Shown here piece by piece: positions 9,312 through 18,732 of a DNA stretch of 64,000 nucleotides. The stretch is from IMG/VR virus record IMGVR_UViG_3300037043_000022; one strand, written 5' to 3'. The stretch is from an uncultured virus (IMG/VR IMGVR_UViG_3300037043_000022). Its lineage: Duplodnaviria; Heunggongvirae; Uroviricota; Caudoviricetes. The translations under genes and the position numbers were made by a program. Positions within the stretch are counted from its first letter, which is position 1. Every line of letters starts with the position of its first letter. The notes beneath the pieces were generated by a model, which worked only from the letters and a program-made list of their open reading frames with translations, made no database searches and was not told the DNA's origin.

Positions 9312-9545
9312 ATGATCAACGTGATGCCTGACGGCACGATTAAATTCGTCTACAACGATGATCTGCGCGGTCTGATGACTGAAGGCAAGGCAACCACCAA
9401 ACGCGTCAGTCACGTCGAACCAGACGACGACGGCAAATGGGTAGCCGACATGTCGCCAATCAGACCAAACGTCATGCTCGGACCGTTTGAGACTAGATGG
9501 GAAGCATTGGACGCAGAACGAAAATGGCTTGAGGAACACTTATAA
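9312..9545 (+). CDS. conserved hypothetical protein (R.SHVEPD family, recalled near Ycf46/DUF1257/DUF2997 clusters)
   Basis: PDGTIKFVY...RVSHVEPDDDGKWVADMSP...LGPF..R.EAL.AE..WL. Confidence 0.65.
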   Translation: MINVMPDGTIKFVYNDDLRGLMTEGKATTKRVSHVEPDDDGKWVADMSPIRPNVMLGPFETRWEALDAERKWLEEHL

Positions 9546-9559
9546 AAGGGAGGGACGAA

Positions 9560-10192
9560 ATGAGTTTTCGACAATTCATGTGTGATCCTACACAAGCAGA
9601 TCGAAGAGTAGTAGAGTGCTTAGCAAAAACACATACACGGAAGGAATTTCTTCGTATGTGCGAGGAGGACCGGCCAGAAATAAACATACATAAGATTTAT
9701 GATGTGTATGTTCTTAAAAAACTCTCTAAGGTTATTCCAGACATTAAGGAGAGGATCAAATTCGTCAATTATCTGGCCTCTGATGGGAATGATCCTGAAA
9801 CATTTATAAATCTGGTTGATGATATATTGTCTTCGTTTTGCAAACATAGTCATGTGCGGCGGCGGACACACATTAATGAATGGTATTATTACGGACAGCG
9901 GCTGAAGAAGATAGGAGTAGATGTATGGATTACAAAAAGCAAATCATTCTATCGTTCCGAGCTTCCGCACCAAGTGCCACGTAAAGGATGGGTTAAGATG
10001 GTGTTTGATAAATCAACTAGTAGAGGAATTGCATGGCATACGCCGGACGATCTCCGCAGAATCCTCTGTGAATCTTATTTATCGAAAGTAGGACCTATGT
10101 ACGAAAAAATAGGTGAAGGATTACGGAACATCGAGAAATACAAAAAAAGCAAGCAAAAAGCACTAAAACGTGCTGGTGAATTGGTACGGTAA
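9560..10192 (+). CDS. hypothetical protein
   Basis: GGAGG RBS, 210 aa. Confidence 0.65.
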   Translation: MSFRQFMCDPTQADRRVVECLAKTHTRKEFLRMCEEDRPEINIHKIYDVYVLKKLSKVIPDIKERIKFVNYLASDGNDPETFINLVDDILSSFCKHSHVRRRTHINEWYYYGQRLKKIGVDVWITKSKSFYRSELPHQVPRKGWVKMVFDKSTSRGIAWHTPDDLRRILCESYLSKVGPMYEKIGEGLRNIEKYKKSKQKALKRAGELVR

Positions 10193-10194
10193 TT

Positions 10195-10533
10195 TTGCAG
10201 AACATTTATGATCGTCTCATCTCTAAAGCATCAAAATCAATATGTAAACACCGCGTTGCGGCTTTAGGTCTCGATGCCGAAGGACGCATCGTCAATTGTA
10301 AATTCAATCGTCCGAGATTCAGCAAGAAGGGTGGTGGCGTGCATGCTGAATTGGATGCCATTAAAGATCAACGAGTGAAAAGCGTCGTCATTTGCCGCAT
10401 CAGCAGTGCCGGACGCATATTGCCGCTGGAACCATGTCTAGCCTGTCGCAAGGTTTTAAACAAATTGAAGATCAAGATCTTGTCGATTTCCGATGTGGTG
10501 ATAAAAAAGAGAGGGAAAGGGGTGCGAAAATGA
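10195..10533 (+). CDS. Zn-dependent deaminase (CMP/dCMP deaminase superfamily)
   Basis: HAE ... PCxxC motifs. Confidence 0.75.
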   Translation: MQNIYDRLISKASKSICKHRVAALGLDAEGRIVNCKFNRPRFSKKGGGVHAELDAIKDQRVKSVVICRISSAGRILPLEPCLACRKVLNKLKIKILSISDVVIKKRGKGVRK

Positions 10534-12089
10534 GCAAACTGAATTTGGCAAATTACATGCGTGCCGGATATCCAGCAATTTATCTGCAGACGGCCGAAGA
10601 GGGTCGTGCCGAATTGATGTTGTTGGATGCTGCCAAAGAATTGAATCGCAAAGTCACCTTCTGGTCACACTCTGAAGGTTGGCTCAAAGAGGTTTACGTC
10701 AAAGGCCAATGGAAAGAAGAAGAGAAGGACAAGGAATTGGATGATCCAGTGGGTGCCCTCCAAAAAGCGCTCGACGATACTGAAAGCGATGGCGTCGTAT
10801 ATGTCTTCCGGGACATACATCCCTTCTTTGAAATGCCAAAAGTCAGACGCATGATCAGGGACATCTGTCGGGAATTCAAATCGCAACAGAAGATGCTGAT
10901 TTGTCTCAGCCCGGTCAAATCAATCCCACAAGATTTGGAACGTGATCTGGTTCTCCTGGAATTCGATTTGCCATCAGAGAAAGACATCCTGTTAGTCTTG
11001 GATAATCTGATGTCTGAGAATAAGAACGTTTTCGGTAAGATCGAGGAAGAAGAAAAAGACATGATCATCCAATCAGCTATGGGGCTGACGATTGGTGAAG
11101 CGGAAAACGCAATCGCAAAGGCAGCAATCGACAAAAAGAAATTGAATCTTGATCTACCGATCAGTCGAATTGTCATGAAAGAAAAATCATTGGCGGTCAA
11201 AAAGAGCGGCATCTTGGAAATCTTCGAGGCGGTTGAGAAACCTGAAGACGTGGGTGGTTTGAACCGCTTGAAACGATGGCTCAAAAATCGCGTCCAACCA
11301 TGCTTCACCAAAGAGGCGAAACAGTATGGTCTGCCGTCGCCGAAGGGCGTCATGCTGGTGGGCCTGCCAGGGTGTGGTAAAAGCCTCGCCGCCAAAGCAG
11401 CATCAAACCTAATCGGCGTCCCACTCATTCGATTTGACGTCGGCAAAGTATTTGGGTCGTTGGTCGGTCAATCGGAAGCAAACGTGCGGACGGCCATCAA
11501 CACGATCGATGCCGTCGGTCGCTGCATCGTCTGGATCGATGAATTGGACAAGGCATTCGCCGGAATGGGCGGTAGCGGTGAGACTGACGGCGGCACCGGC
11601 AAACGGGTGTTCGGCACCTTCATTACGTGGATGCAGGAAAAGAAATCACAAGCCTTCATCATGGCCACAGTGAACAGAATTGATTTGTTGCCAGATGAAT
11701 TGCTCAGAAAAGGTCGCTTCGACGAAATCTTCTTCGTCGGTCTGCCGTCTGAGAGGGAACGTAAGGACATTTTTGAAATCCAAATCCGCAAACACGGTCG
11801 CGATCCAAAGAAGGTCGGCGTTGATGAATTGGTCAAACAATCTAGGGATTACAGTGGCGCAGAAATCGAACAAGCCGTCATCGGTGGATTGTTTCATGCT
11901 TATCACATGGGCGGTGATCGCCAATTGACCAAGGAACACATCTTGGCAGAAATGGACAGCTTCACACCATTGGCCAAATCACGCGCCAAGCAATTGGAGA
12001 CAATGGCAAATTGGGCCAAGGAAAACGCCACACCAGCCTCAGACGATGAGGAAGTAGAGACGACCAACGTCAGGAAATTGAGGGAATGA
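10530..12089 (+). CDS. Ycf46-like AAA+ ATPase
   Basis: Inactive N-terminal AAA-like domain (FRDIHPFF); Walker A GLPGCGKS, Walker B VWIDE, SRH LLRKGRFDE; SLVGQSE pore loop. Confidence 0.88.
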   Translation: MSKLNLANYMRAGYPAIYLQTAEEGRAELMLLDAAKELNRKVTFWSHSEGWLKEVYVKGQWKEEEKDKELDDPVGALQKALDDTESDGVVYVFRDIHPFFEMPKVRRMIRDICREFKSQQKMLICLSPVKSIPQDLERDLVLLEFDLPSEKDILLVLDNLMSENKNVFGKIEEEEKDMIIQSAMGLTIGEAENAIAKAAIDKKKLNLDLPISRIVMKEKSLAVKKSGILEIFEAVEKPEDVGGLNRLKRWLKNRVQPCFTKEAKQYGLPSPKGVMLVGLPGCGKSLAAKAASNLIGVPLIRFDVGKVFGSLVGQSEANVRTAINTIDAVGRCIVWIDELDKAFAGMGGSGETDGGTGKRVFGTFITWMQEKKSQAFIMATVNRIDLLPDELLRKGRFDEIFFVGLPSERERKDIFEIQIRKHGRDPKKVGVDELVKQSRDYSGAEIEQAVIGGLFHAYHMGGDRQLTKEHILAEMDSFTPLAKSRAKQLETMANWAKENATPASDDEEVETTNVRKLRE

Positions 12090-12128
12090 AATAACAAAAG
12101 AGACAAATTGGTCCAATAGGAGATAAAC

Positions 12129-12788
12129 ATGCACTGGATGACGAACGCAAGTAAGGAACAATTGAATGATGTGATTGAAGCAGTGAGAAAGTTTGATGGC
12201 AATTATAAACAGATGAAGGACGAAACGATCGTTAAGAAATTATTGGATGATGAGATTCGGGTTTTAAGTGATGTGCTTAAACATTTAGACAATCAATTTC
12301 CAGCCATATGCCTGGCAGCAGTACAACAATGGGGTCATGTACTTGTATATGTCAAGGAACAGACACCAGAAATATGCATGGCGGCAGTACGACAAAATGG
12401 TGCAGCACTTGAACACGTCAAGGAACAAACACCAGAAATATGCATGGCAGCAGTACAACAAGATAATGATGCACTTAAATATGTCAAGGAACAGACGCCA
12501 GAAATATGTATGGCAGTAGTACAACAATGGGGTTGGGTACTTGTATATGTCAAAAAACAGACGCCAGAAATATGCCTGGCAGCAGTACAACAAGATGGTG
12601 ATGCACTTCGGTTTGTCAAAAAACAGACGCCAGAAATATGCATGGCCGCAGTACGACAAAATGGTGCAGCACTTGAATATGTCAAAGAACAGACGCCAGA
12701 AATATGCATGGCAGCGGTAAGACAAAATGGTGATGCACTTAAATATGTTGATAGGAAATTCAAGACCAAGATCTGCATTCTGGCATAG
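12129..12788 (+). CDS. DUF4116-type repeat protein with MHW leader
   Basis: Leader plus about 7 repeats. Confidence 0.87.
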   Translation: MHWMTNASKEQLNDVIEAVRKFDGNYKQMKDETIVKKLLDDEIRVLSDVLKHLDNQFPAICLAAVQQWGHVLVYVKEQTPEICMAAVRQNGAALEHVKEQTPEICMAAVQQDNDALKYVKEQTPEICMAVVQQWGWVLVYVKKQTPEICLAAVQQDGDALRFVKKQTPEICMAAVRQNGAALEYVKEQTPEICMAAVRQNGDALKYVDRKFKTKICILA

Positions 12789-12798
12789 GAGATAAAAC

Positions 12799-13410
12799 GT
12801 GCACTGGATGACGAACGCAAGCAAGAAACAAATAAGCGACGTAATTCAAGTAGTGCAGAAGATTGACGATTATAAACAGATGAAGGATGAAACGATTGTA
12901 GAGAGATTGTTGAACAATGAAATAAGCTTGTGGGGCGTACTCCATGATTTGGGCGATCAATTTCCTGAAATATGCATGGCAGCAGTACAACGAAATGGTT
13001 ATACAATTAAATTCGTCAAAGATCAGACGCCAGAGATATGTCTGGCGGCAGTAAAACAAAATGGTCAGGCGCTTGAATATGTAAAAAAGCAGACGCCGGA
13101 AATATGTATGGCAGCAGTAAAAGAAAATGGTTGGGCACTTCGATATGTCAAAAAACAGACACCTGAAATATGTCTGGCGGCAGTAAAACAAAATGGTCAG
13201 GCGCTTGAATATGTAAAAAAGCAGACGCCGGAAATATGTCTGGCAGCAGTGCAGAAATGCGGGATGGCGCTTGAATTTGTTAAAAAGCAGACGTTGGAAA
13301 TTTGCACTGCAGCGATTGATGCAGCAATTGCAGCAAATATGACGGAGGTAATAGATTTTGTCGATACAACTAAATTTGAAATAGAATCACTTTCCATAAA
13401 GAAGAAGTAG
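12799..13410 (+). CDS. DUF4116-type repeat protein with MHW leader
   Basis: GTG start, leader plus about 5 repeats. Confidence 0.87.
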   Translation: MHWMTNASKKQISDVIQVVQKIDDYKQMKDETIVERLLNNEISLWGVLHDLGDQFPEICMAAVQRNGYTIKFVKDQTPEICLAAVKQNGQALEYVKKQTPEICMAAVKENGWALRYVKKQTPEICLAAVKQNGQALEYVKKQTPEICLAAVQKCGMALEFVKKQTLEICTAAIDAAIAANMTEVIDFVDTTKFEIESLSIKKK

Positions 13411-13433
13411 AGAAACGTCAGGAAATTGAGGGA

Positions 13434-13772
13434 ATGACGACCATCAATGTTGATGGTCGTCTGCTCCGTGGACGCAGAAAGAGGAGAATGAAAATGAAAA
13501 AACAAAAGAAGCAAAAGAAGCAAAAACCGGACATTCGTGAATTTAAGATAGTTTTCACAAGGAAGTCAAGAAGTGGCTTTACTGTAAATGGAAAGGAATG
13601 GAATTGCGACTATTGTTCTTGGTGGATTGGTCTATTGTTCTTGGTGGATTGGTTAATGGATCACCATATAAAAATCAACATCAAGGATGATATTAACAGT
13701 GGAAATGTAATGCCATTCATAGATGAATCAGACAAAAAGAAGAAGCAGAGACGACCAACGTCAGGAAATTGA
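13434..13772 (+). CDS. basic hypothetical protein
   Basis: Bounded by two copies of the AAA gene 3' end; true start may be about 13488. Confidence 0.45.
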   Translation: MTTINVDGRLLRGRRKRRMKMKKQKKQKKQKPDIREFKIVFTRKSRSGFTVNGKEWNCDYCSWWIGLLFLVDWLMDHHIKINIKDDINSGNVMPFIDESDKKKKQRRPTSGN

Positions 13773-13776
13773 GGCC

Positions 13777-14286
13777 ATGTATCAGAAAATCCTCGATGAA
13801 TTGACCAAAGACTTGGGCATTAAATTCGTTCAAGTAGCCACTCAAGTAGCCACGGCATCATTTAAATTAGAATCGCCGTTCGGCGTACCATTGGCGAACG
13901 TTTATATCATCTTTTATGAAAATGGAAACGTATGGATGCATTATAGATTGAAAGGTGATGAGTTTGAAATTCAGACGAATCTTCATGATTTGGACAGCAT
14001 TCAACACATTCGTGATTGGATAGGATTTCTGGCTACCTGCAGAAATGAGGAACGTTTGTCAATCCATACTACAAGAAAGGAGAGAATGCCCGGAATTAAG
14101 CCACGGAAGGTTAAGAAATGCGATGATTGTGAAGCAGTCATGATAAATGGCGTTTTTTGTCATGAGACCGGATGTCCATCATGGCAAAATCCGCGACAAT
14201 GTGATTGGTGTGGAAATTGGTTTGAACCGACAGAACGCGGGCAACGATGCTGCGATGAGGATTGTCAGACGGCGTACAACGGATAG
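13777..14286 (+). CDS. hypothetical protein with C-terminal Cys-rich Zn-binding region
   Basis: CDDC...CHETGCP...CDWC...CC..C; internal AAGGAG RBS before MPGIKP suggests a two-gene fusion. Confidence 0.6.
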   Translation: MYQKILDELTKDLGIKFVQVATQVATASFKLESPFGVPLANVYIIFYENGNVWMHYRLKGDEFEIQTNLHDLDSIQHIRDWIGFLATCRNEERLSIHTTRKERMPGIKPRKVKKCDDCEAVMINGVFCHETGCPSWQNPRQCDWCGNWFEPTERGQRCCDEDCQTAYNG

Positions 14287-14295
14287 GAGGAAGAA

Positions 14296-15615
14296 ATGGA
14301 AAAAGACGTGACTCCGCTCTTCCAGGGTACCAACATGAAGTCTGGGCTGGACTTCGGCAAGATGCAAAGTAAGGACGGCGATTACTGGATCGTCGGGATT
14401 CAGAGCACCAGGAACGAGGACCGGGGCGGATCGGGGAAGATCAGTAACGTCGTGGTCTCCGTCCAGAAAGGCGGAGAGGGAGCGCTCTCCGAGACGTACG
14501 ATGGCAACTTCCACTGGCACACTACGCGGAATGCCGCTTTCATTTCCAAGGATGGCGCAATCTATCGGACGCTGGAAGTCCCCGGCAATCAGAAGATTAC
14601 CATTACCATGGGCCGGGGCGACAAGAAGAAACACGCCATTCGGACCGGAACGTTCCTGGTGATCAAGATCTTTTTCAATAAGACAGGCGAGGTGTCCAAA
14701 CGGACGGTCAGGGCCGTGGAGACTCACGACGAGGCGATGCACGCCCTACTGGCTGGTGTAACCAATCAATACGCCCAGACCGACGTGTTCGAGATCAAGA
14801 ATTACGAGGCCGTGCTTCTGGGGTCGACCGCCTCCGTGCAAGGGGCAACGGATGCGAGGACCACCGGATTCTCCTGTTTCGATCGCGGATATAACCCGTA
14901 CACTGGTTGCTCCCACGGCTGCGTCTACTGCTACGGCTGTGTGTCCAAGGATTTTTCCTGCTTACCACTTGACCTCAAGGGAAGGGTGGTTATCGGCACC
15001 CATATAGACCCGTACCAGCCCTGCGAGGAGAAGGCGCTGGCGACGCAGACCATCCTACGTCACCTTGTCGGCGGTAAAGATGTGACCAAGGTCGGGATCT
15101 TCACCAAATCACCACTTGTGGTTCGTGATCTCGACCTCATATCGAAGCTCCCGAATCCGTCCATCCACATGGCACTCTCTCCATTCGACGAGGAGATGCG
15201 AAAGCGGCTGGAACAAAACGCGCCGCCCAACGAACAGAGGATTGCTGCGATTAGGGAGATCTACAGACAGAGGAAAATCAAACTGGTGGTCAACGTCTGT
15301 CCATGTATGCCGGACATCTCTAGCATGGCAATAGAACATGGGACGTTCGCCGAGGCGTATGGGTTGGCCGACGAGATTTGCGTCGGGTTGACCTGCCTCT
15401 ATGGGGACATCCCCAAGAAGCTGGCCGAGAGGGTTGGGTCCGAGATTGTGACCAAGATGACGACGGCATGGGAAGTGCCATTCTTGGCCCAATGTCGGAA
15501 AGTCTTCGCTCCGTACGCCGAGAAGAAGCTGGTCATCTGGCGGGATACCGGACGCCGGGGGTGGAAGAATATGTGGGACATGAGCCTGCTACCTCAGGAG
15601 TTCTACGCCTCATAA
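14296..15615 (+). CDS. radical SAM protein, spore photoproduct lyase-like family, with ~180-aa N-terminal extension
   Basis: NPYTGCSHGCVYC (CxxxCxxC), DPYQPCE, TKSPLVVRDLDL; visibly GC-richer than its flanks. Confidence 0.8.
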   Translation: MEKDVTPLFQGTNMKSGLDFGKMQSKDGDYWIVGIQSTRNEDRGGSGKISNVVVSVQKGGEGALSETYDGNFHWHTTRNAAFISKDGAIYRTLEVPGNQKITITMGRGDKKKHAIRTGTFLVIKIFFNKTGEVSKRTVRAVETHDEAMHALLAGVTNQYAQTDVFEIKNYEAVLLGSTASVQGATDARTTGFSCFDRGYNPYTGCSHGCVYCYGCVSKDFSCLPLDLKGRVVIGTHIDPYQPCEEKALATQTILRHLVGGKDVTKVGIFTKSPLVVRDLDLISKLPNPSIHMALSPFDEEMRKRLEQNAPPNEQRIAAIREIYRQRKIKLVVNVCPCMPDISSMAIEHGTFAEAYGLADEICVGLTCLYGDIPKKLAERVGSEIVTKMTTAWEVPFLAQCRKVFAPYAEKKLVIWRDTGRRGWKNMWDMSLLPQEFYAS

Positions 15616-15918
15616 AGGAGGAAGAAATGAAAAAACCATGCGGGAAGCGGAAAAAGAAAGTGAAATCCATTGGGACGATTTTGTCTGAAATCGGTAAGAC
15701 CGTCCCAGATAGTGTCTGGAGACGCGTGCCGCGAGACCTATCCGCTACGGTAGGTGGAGCGATTAAGCTTAAATATGTCGGAAAAAAGAAAACAAAAAGG
15801 AGCAAAAGATGAATAGTAAGACAAAGAAAAGAATCACCAAGATCCGTGAGGTCGCTCAACGTTTCGCCGACATCGAATTTGGTGATCATGGCACGCTTGG
15901 CGGTAACGTAGCCCCAGA

Positions 15919-16473
15919 TTGACTTTGTTCGTTTTTGATTTACAAGGACATGAACGTCTGCTTTTCGTCGAACAATATCTGGCTGAATTGCGGCTACGAC
16001 TGCTCTCACCCAGTTTCGACACCACTACAAGATACAAAAACAAGCACATGGTAGTTTCAATCCACGTTTATAAGGAGATCAAGATGGTTTATTCATACGA
16101 CCCAACGACCGGCAAACGATTAATGCGATCCGGCATCCCCGTTAATCCAATCCAGCCGATGACACAGAAGGAGGTGGATGAACAACACGATTTAGTCAAC
16201 GCCTATCTTGAGCAGGAACGTTATGGACCGTTCACGGAATTGGATGAACAAGAAATGCACCCCAAACCCACGACAATGAAGTTAAAGACGCGCTTTTTAA
16301 TCTGCGCAATCACAAAAAACCCCAAGGGTAATCCCTGCTATGAGGGTTGTTACCAGGAGTTGGATGCCCTAACGTTTCCGGTTACCGAAATAGAAAAAGC
16401 AAAAGCACGATTAAGCGTGCTACGGAGTCAAGGTAAGAATGCAAGAATTTTCATGATGGGTGAGCCAGAATGA
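15919..16473 (+). CDS. hypothetical protein
   Basis: Strong AAGGAG RBS before internal MVYSYDP (about 16084); start uncertain. Confidence 0.5.
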   Translation: MTLFVFDLQGHERLLFVEQYLAELRLRLLSPSFDTTTRYKNKHMVVSIHVYKEIKMVYSYDPTTGKRLMRSGIPVNPIQPMTQKEVDEQHDLVNAYLEQERYGPFTELDEQEMHPKPTTMKLKTRFLICAITKNPKGNPCYEGCYQELDALTFPVTEIEKAKARLSVLRSQGKNARIFMMGEPE

Positions 16474-16477
16474 CGAA

Positions 16478-16505
16478 GCTGGGCGAGTAAGCCTCGCCGC
16501 CCAGC
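16478..16505. repeat. GC-rich hairpin related to the 17586-17617 hairpin in inverted orientation
   Basis: ggcgagtaagcctcgcc versus reverse complement of ggcgaggcttacctcgcc. Confidence 0.6.
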
Positions 16506-16522
16506 CCATGGAAGGAGAAACG

Positions 16523-16966
16523 ATGATTGACCAATTAAAACACAAGCTTAATGAACTCGATATAAAACGAGTGCCCGTCAAAATAACCATCGGCGACGCA
16601 TCGTTCGAAATGTCTGCACCAGACATGCCAAACGCAATAGACGAATTTAAGGCTGCGATTGTACGCATGGAAGAGACGTATGTCAATGAGCAAATCATTA
16701 AGAAATTTGGACGGAAGATCAACATTGAAGACTGCATTTGGCCAAATAAATTCGGCAATAAAATAGAAGCTAGAATTGTAGACGGATGCAACGTCATGTT
16801 GGTCGTGTTAAATAACCGTCATTATGGTGATTATCAAATAGTCATAGGTTACTTGCTCACTGGTGAGAAATCTGTCTTCTCTCCAGAATGCTTCTGCAAG
16901 CCTACTGATTTCAGTAGGAATTTTGCCAAATTCTTATCTAAATCGAAAAAAATAAAAATTATGTAA
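16523..16966 (+). CDS. hypothetical protein
   Basis: AAGGAG RBS before MIDQLK. Confidence 0.6.
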   Translation: MIDQLKHKLNELDIKRVPVKITIGDASFEMSAPDMPNAIDEFKAAIVRMEETYVNEQIIKKFGRKINIEDCIWPNKFGNKIEARIVDGCNVMLVVLNNRHYGDYQIVIGYLLTGEKSVFSPECFCKPTDFSRNFAKFLSKSKKIKIM

Positions 16967-17123
16967 TGTATGAGCCGAATGCGGGAGCGACGCAGCGGGC
17001 GGACGTACCCCAAGGGCAGGCTCAGCGGCCGAAAGGTCGTAACATTCAGCCCCAAATCACCCGCAGGTCCCTATCGGTCTCCTTCCCGATTGCGGGACTT
17101 GCCGGTCAAGAAGTTAGACCGGC
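16965..17123 (+). ncRNA. candidate structured RNA (unassigned)
   Basis: GC-rich intergenic stretch: TGAGCC/GGCTCA, GCGGCC-GAAA-GGTCGT, GCAGGTCCC/GGGACTTGC, GCCGGTC/GACCGGC. Confidence 0.55.
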
Positions 17124-17136
17124 ATTAATTTAATTC

Positions 17137-17165
17137 TTGACAATCGACCCAATAGAGATTAAAAC
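17137..17165 (+). promoter_or_regulatory. putative promoter TTGACA-N17-TAAAAC
   Basis: Perfect -35 box in intergenic DNA after a hairpin. Confidence 0.45.
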
Positions 17166-17291
17166 GCAAATGCAAACGCAATGATTGACAACAATCAAAA
17201 GGAGATTAAACGAATGTGATGATTAAGACGTAAACCGTGTCGTACAAATCGTGCAATTGGCAATTGAACCGAAACAAAAGGAGAAGAGACC

Positions 17292-17576
17292 ATGGCAAAG
17301 CAAGCAAAGCAAGTGAAAAGAAAAGGCGATGAATACTTCGCCAAGTATCCACACTTCGTCGCGGGTTCCATCGTTTGGGATGCCACCAAGAACAAACAAC
17401 GTGCGCGTTGTAAATGTGCCTGTGGTACGGAATACGAATGCTTCACATCCGATCTGTTCCAACTGAAGACATGTGCGGATTGTCGCAAGAAAACCAAGAA
17501 AATTAAAGAAGAGACCAAAGAAGAAACAAAGACAAAGAAAGAGGTCAAGAAAGAAACGAAGAAAGATAAGAAATAA
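17292..17576 (+). CDS. small Zn-ribbon protein with Lys-rich tail (paralog of 18355)
   Basis: KYPHFVAGS...CKC...FTSDLFQLKTCADC. Confidence 0.7.
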   Translation: MAKQAKQVKRKGDEYFAKYPHFVAGSIVWDATKNKQRARCKCACGTEYECFTSDLFQLKTCADCRKKTKKIKEETKEETKTKKEVKKETKKDKK

Positions 17577-17585
17577 CGATAACGA

Positions 17586-17617
17586 CATGGGTGGCGAGGC
17601 TTACCTCGCCACCCATG
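17586..17617. terminator. 14-bp perfect hairpin, possible terminator or processing stem
   Basis: catgggtggcgagg-ctta-cctcgccacccatg; no U-tract. Confidence 0.5.
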
Positions 17618-17636
17618 CTCATTGGAAGGAGAAGCG

Positions 17637-18413
17637 ATGAATGAACCGAAGTGGAGACCAATGCCGTTCAAGGAATTTATTGCATCATCATTAGCGACGC
17701 GGGAAATCGTCGAAGACATATTGCAAGCAATGCGAAAAGTCGACAAAAACGTCTTACGAATGACGGATCATAAATTGATGGCTAATTTGATTGAACATGC
17801 CGACACTGGACATAAAAAATATTCTCTCATAAATGGAACATGGATTTATAACATGAAATGCAAAGTGCCGGAATTGATTCTACAGACATACACGAACGTC
17901 AATAGAGGTCACATTACAATCCCATCAGAATTAGATAATTTTGAATTCCGCCATGCAGCGATGCATGCCGCATCCGAAAAATGTGTCAGTAATTTCCTAA
18001 ATCAATGCAAGCATAGTTGCAAGCATTTGAATTATACGGAAGAACAAATCAGGGAGTTGACAATCATCGCGATCAACGTTAACCCAAAATTACCCTTAGA
18101 CTACGGTTATGCCATGGGTGATGACATGAAATTGATCGCAATTAAAAAAAGTCGATCGCCGTGGTTGTTACATAAACTTCGGTTCAAAGACAAACAAACG
18201 CTGCTCGAAGCACAAATGATAGTTGCTGAAAACATGGCCAACAAAAGAGATCTGTACGTCGATGAATTTTCGGAATTCATACGCATAATGCCAAACGAAC
18301 ACAGACATCTGAACAGCATGATCAGAACGTGGATCGAGAACACGGAGGAGAAAAATGGACAAAAAAGAAATGCAGATGCTGTTGGAACGAGTAGCCGCAG
18401 CCAGGATGGATGA
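17637..18413 (+). CDS. helical protein with divergent leader domain
   Basis: ATREIVEDILQAMRKVDKNVLRMTD resembles the DUF4116 leader. Confidence 0.6.
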   Translation: MNEPKWRPMPFKEFIASSLATREIVEDILQAMRKVDKNVLRMTDHKLMANLIEHADTGHKKYSLINGTWIYNMKCKVPELILQTYTNVNRGHITIPSELDNFEFRHAAMHAASEKCVSNFLNQCKHSCKHLNYTEEQIRELTIIAINVNPKLPLDYGYAMGDDMKLIAIKKSRSPWLLHKLRFKDKQTLLEAQMIVAENMANKRDLYVDEFSEFIRIMPNEHRHLNSMIRTWIENTEEKNGQKRNADAVGTSSRSQDG

Positions 18414-18732
18414 AACGGAATTAAAAGAGAAATATCCACATTTCGTCGTCGGATCATTGAGATACGACTTAGAATCGAACAAGCAGATTGGCACGCTAAT
18501 CTGCAAGAAATGCAAAAAGAAGCATGAATCGTTCACGTCATGTTTCTATCAATCCGAATTGTGTAAAGAATGTCGCAAACAGGCGAAAAACAATCGTCGC
18601 AGAGAAGCTAGAATGCTGTTGTCGTTGTTGAGGCAAAATCCGGGATTGATTGCAAAAATTACGGCCACGCCTAAAGATAAATTAAAGGGCGTAATCGACA
18701 AATACTGTCAACCAAAAGGGGAACGTCGATGA
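18355..18732 (+). CDS. Zn-ribbon protein (paralog of 17292)
   Basis: KYPHFVVGS...CKKC...FTSCFYQSELCKEC. Confidence 0.7.
   Translation: MDKKEMQMLLERVAAARMDETELKEKYPHFVVGSLRYDLESNKQIGTLICKKCKKKHESFTSCFYQSELCKECRKQAKNNRRREARMLLSLLRQNPGLIAKITATPKDKLKGVIDKYCQPKGERR

Noticed and set aside
10392..10529. Upstream extension of the AAA ATPase given by the ORF track
   Set aside because: It overlaps the deaminase; ATG 10530 has a purine-rich RBS and ATGA coupling.
16965..17123. Assignment to tRNA, tmRNA, SRP, RNase P or ZTP/c-di-AMP riboswitch
   Set aside because: Diagnostic conserved sequences were not found by eye; left unassigned.
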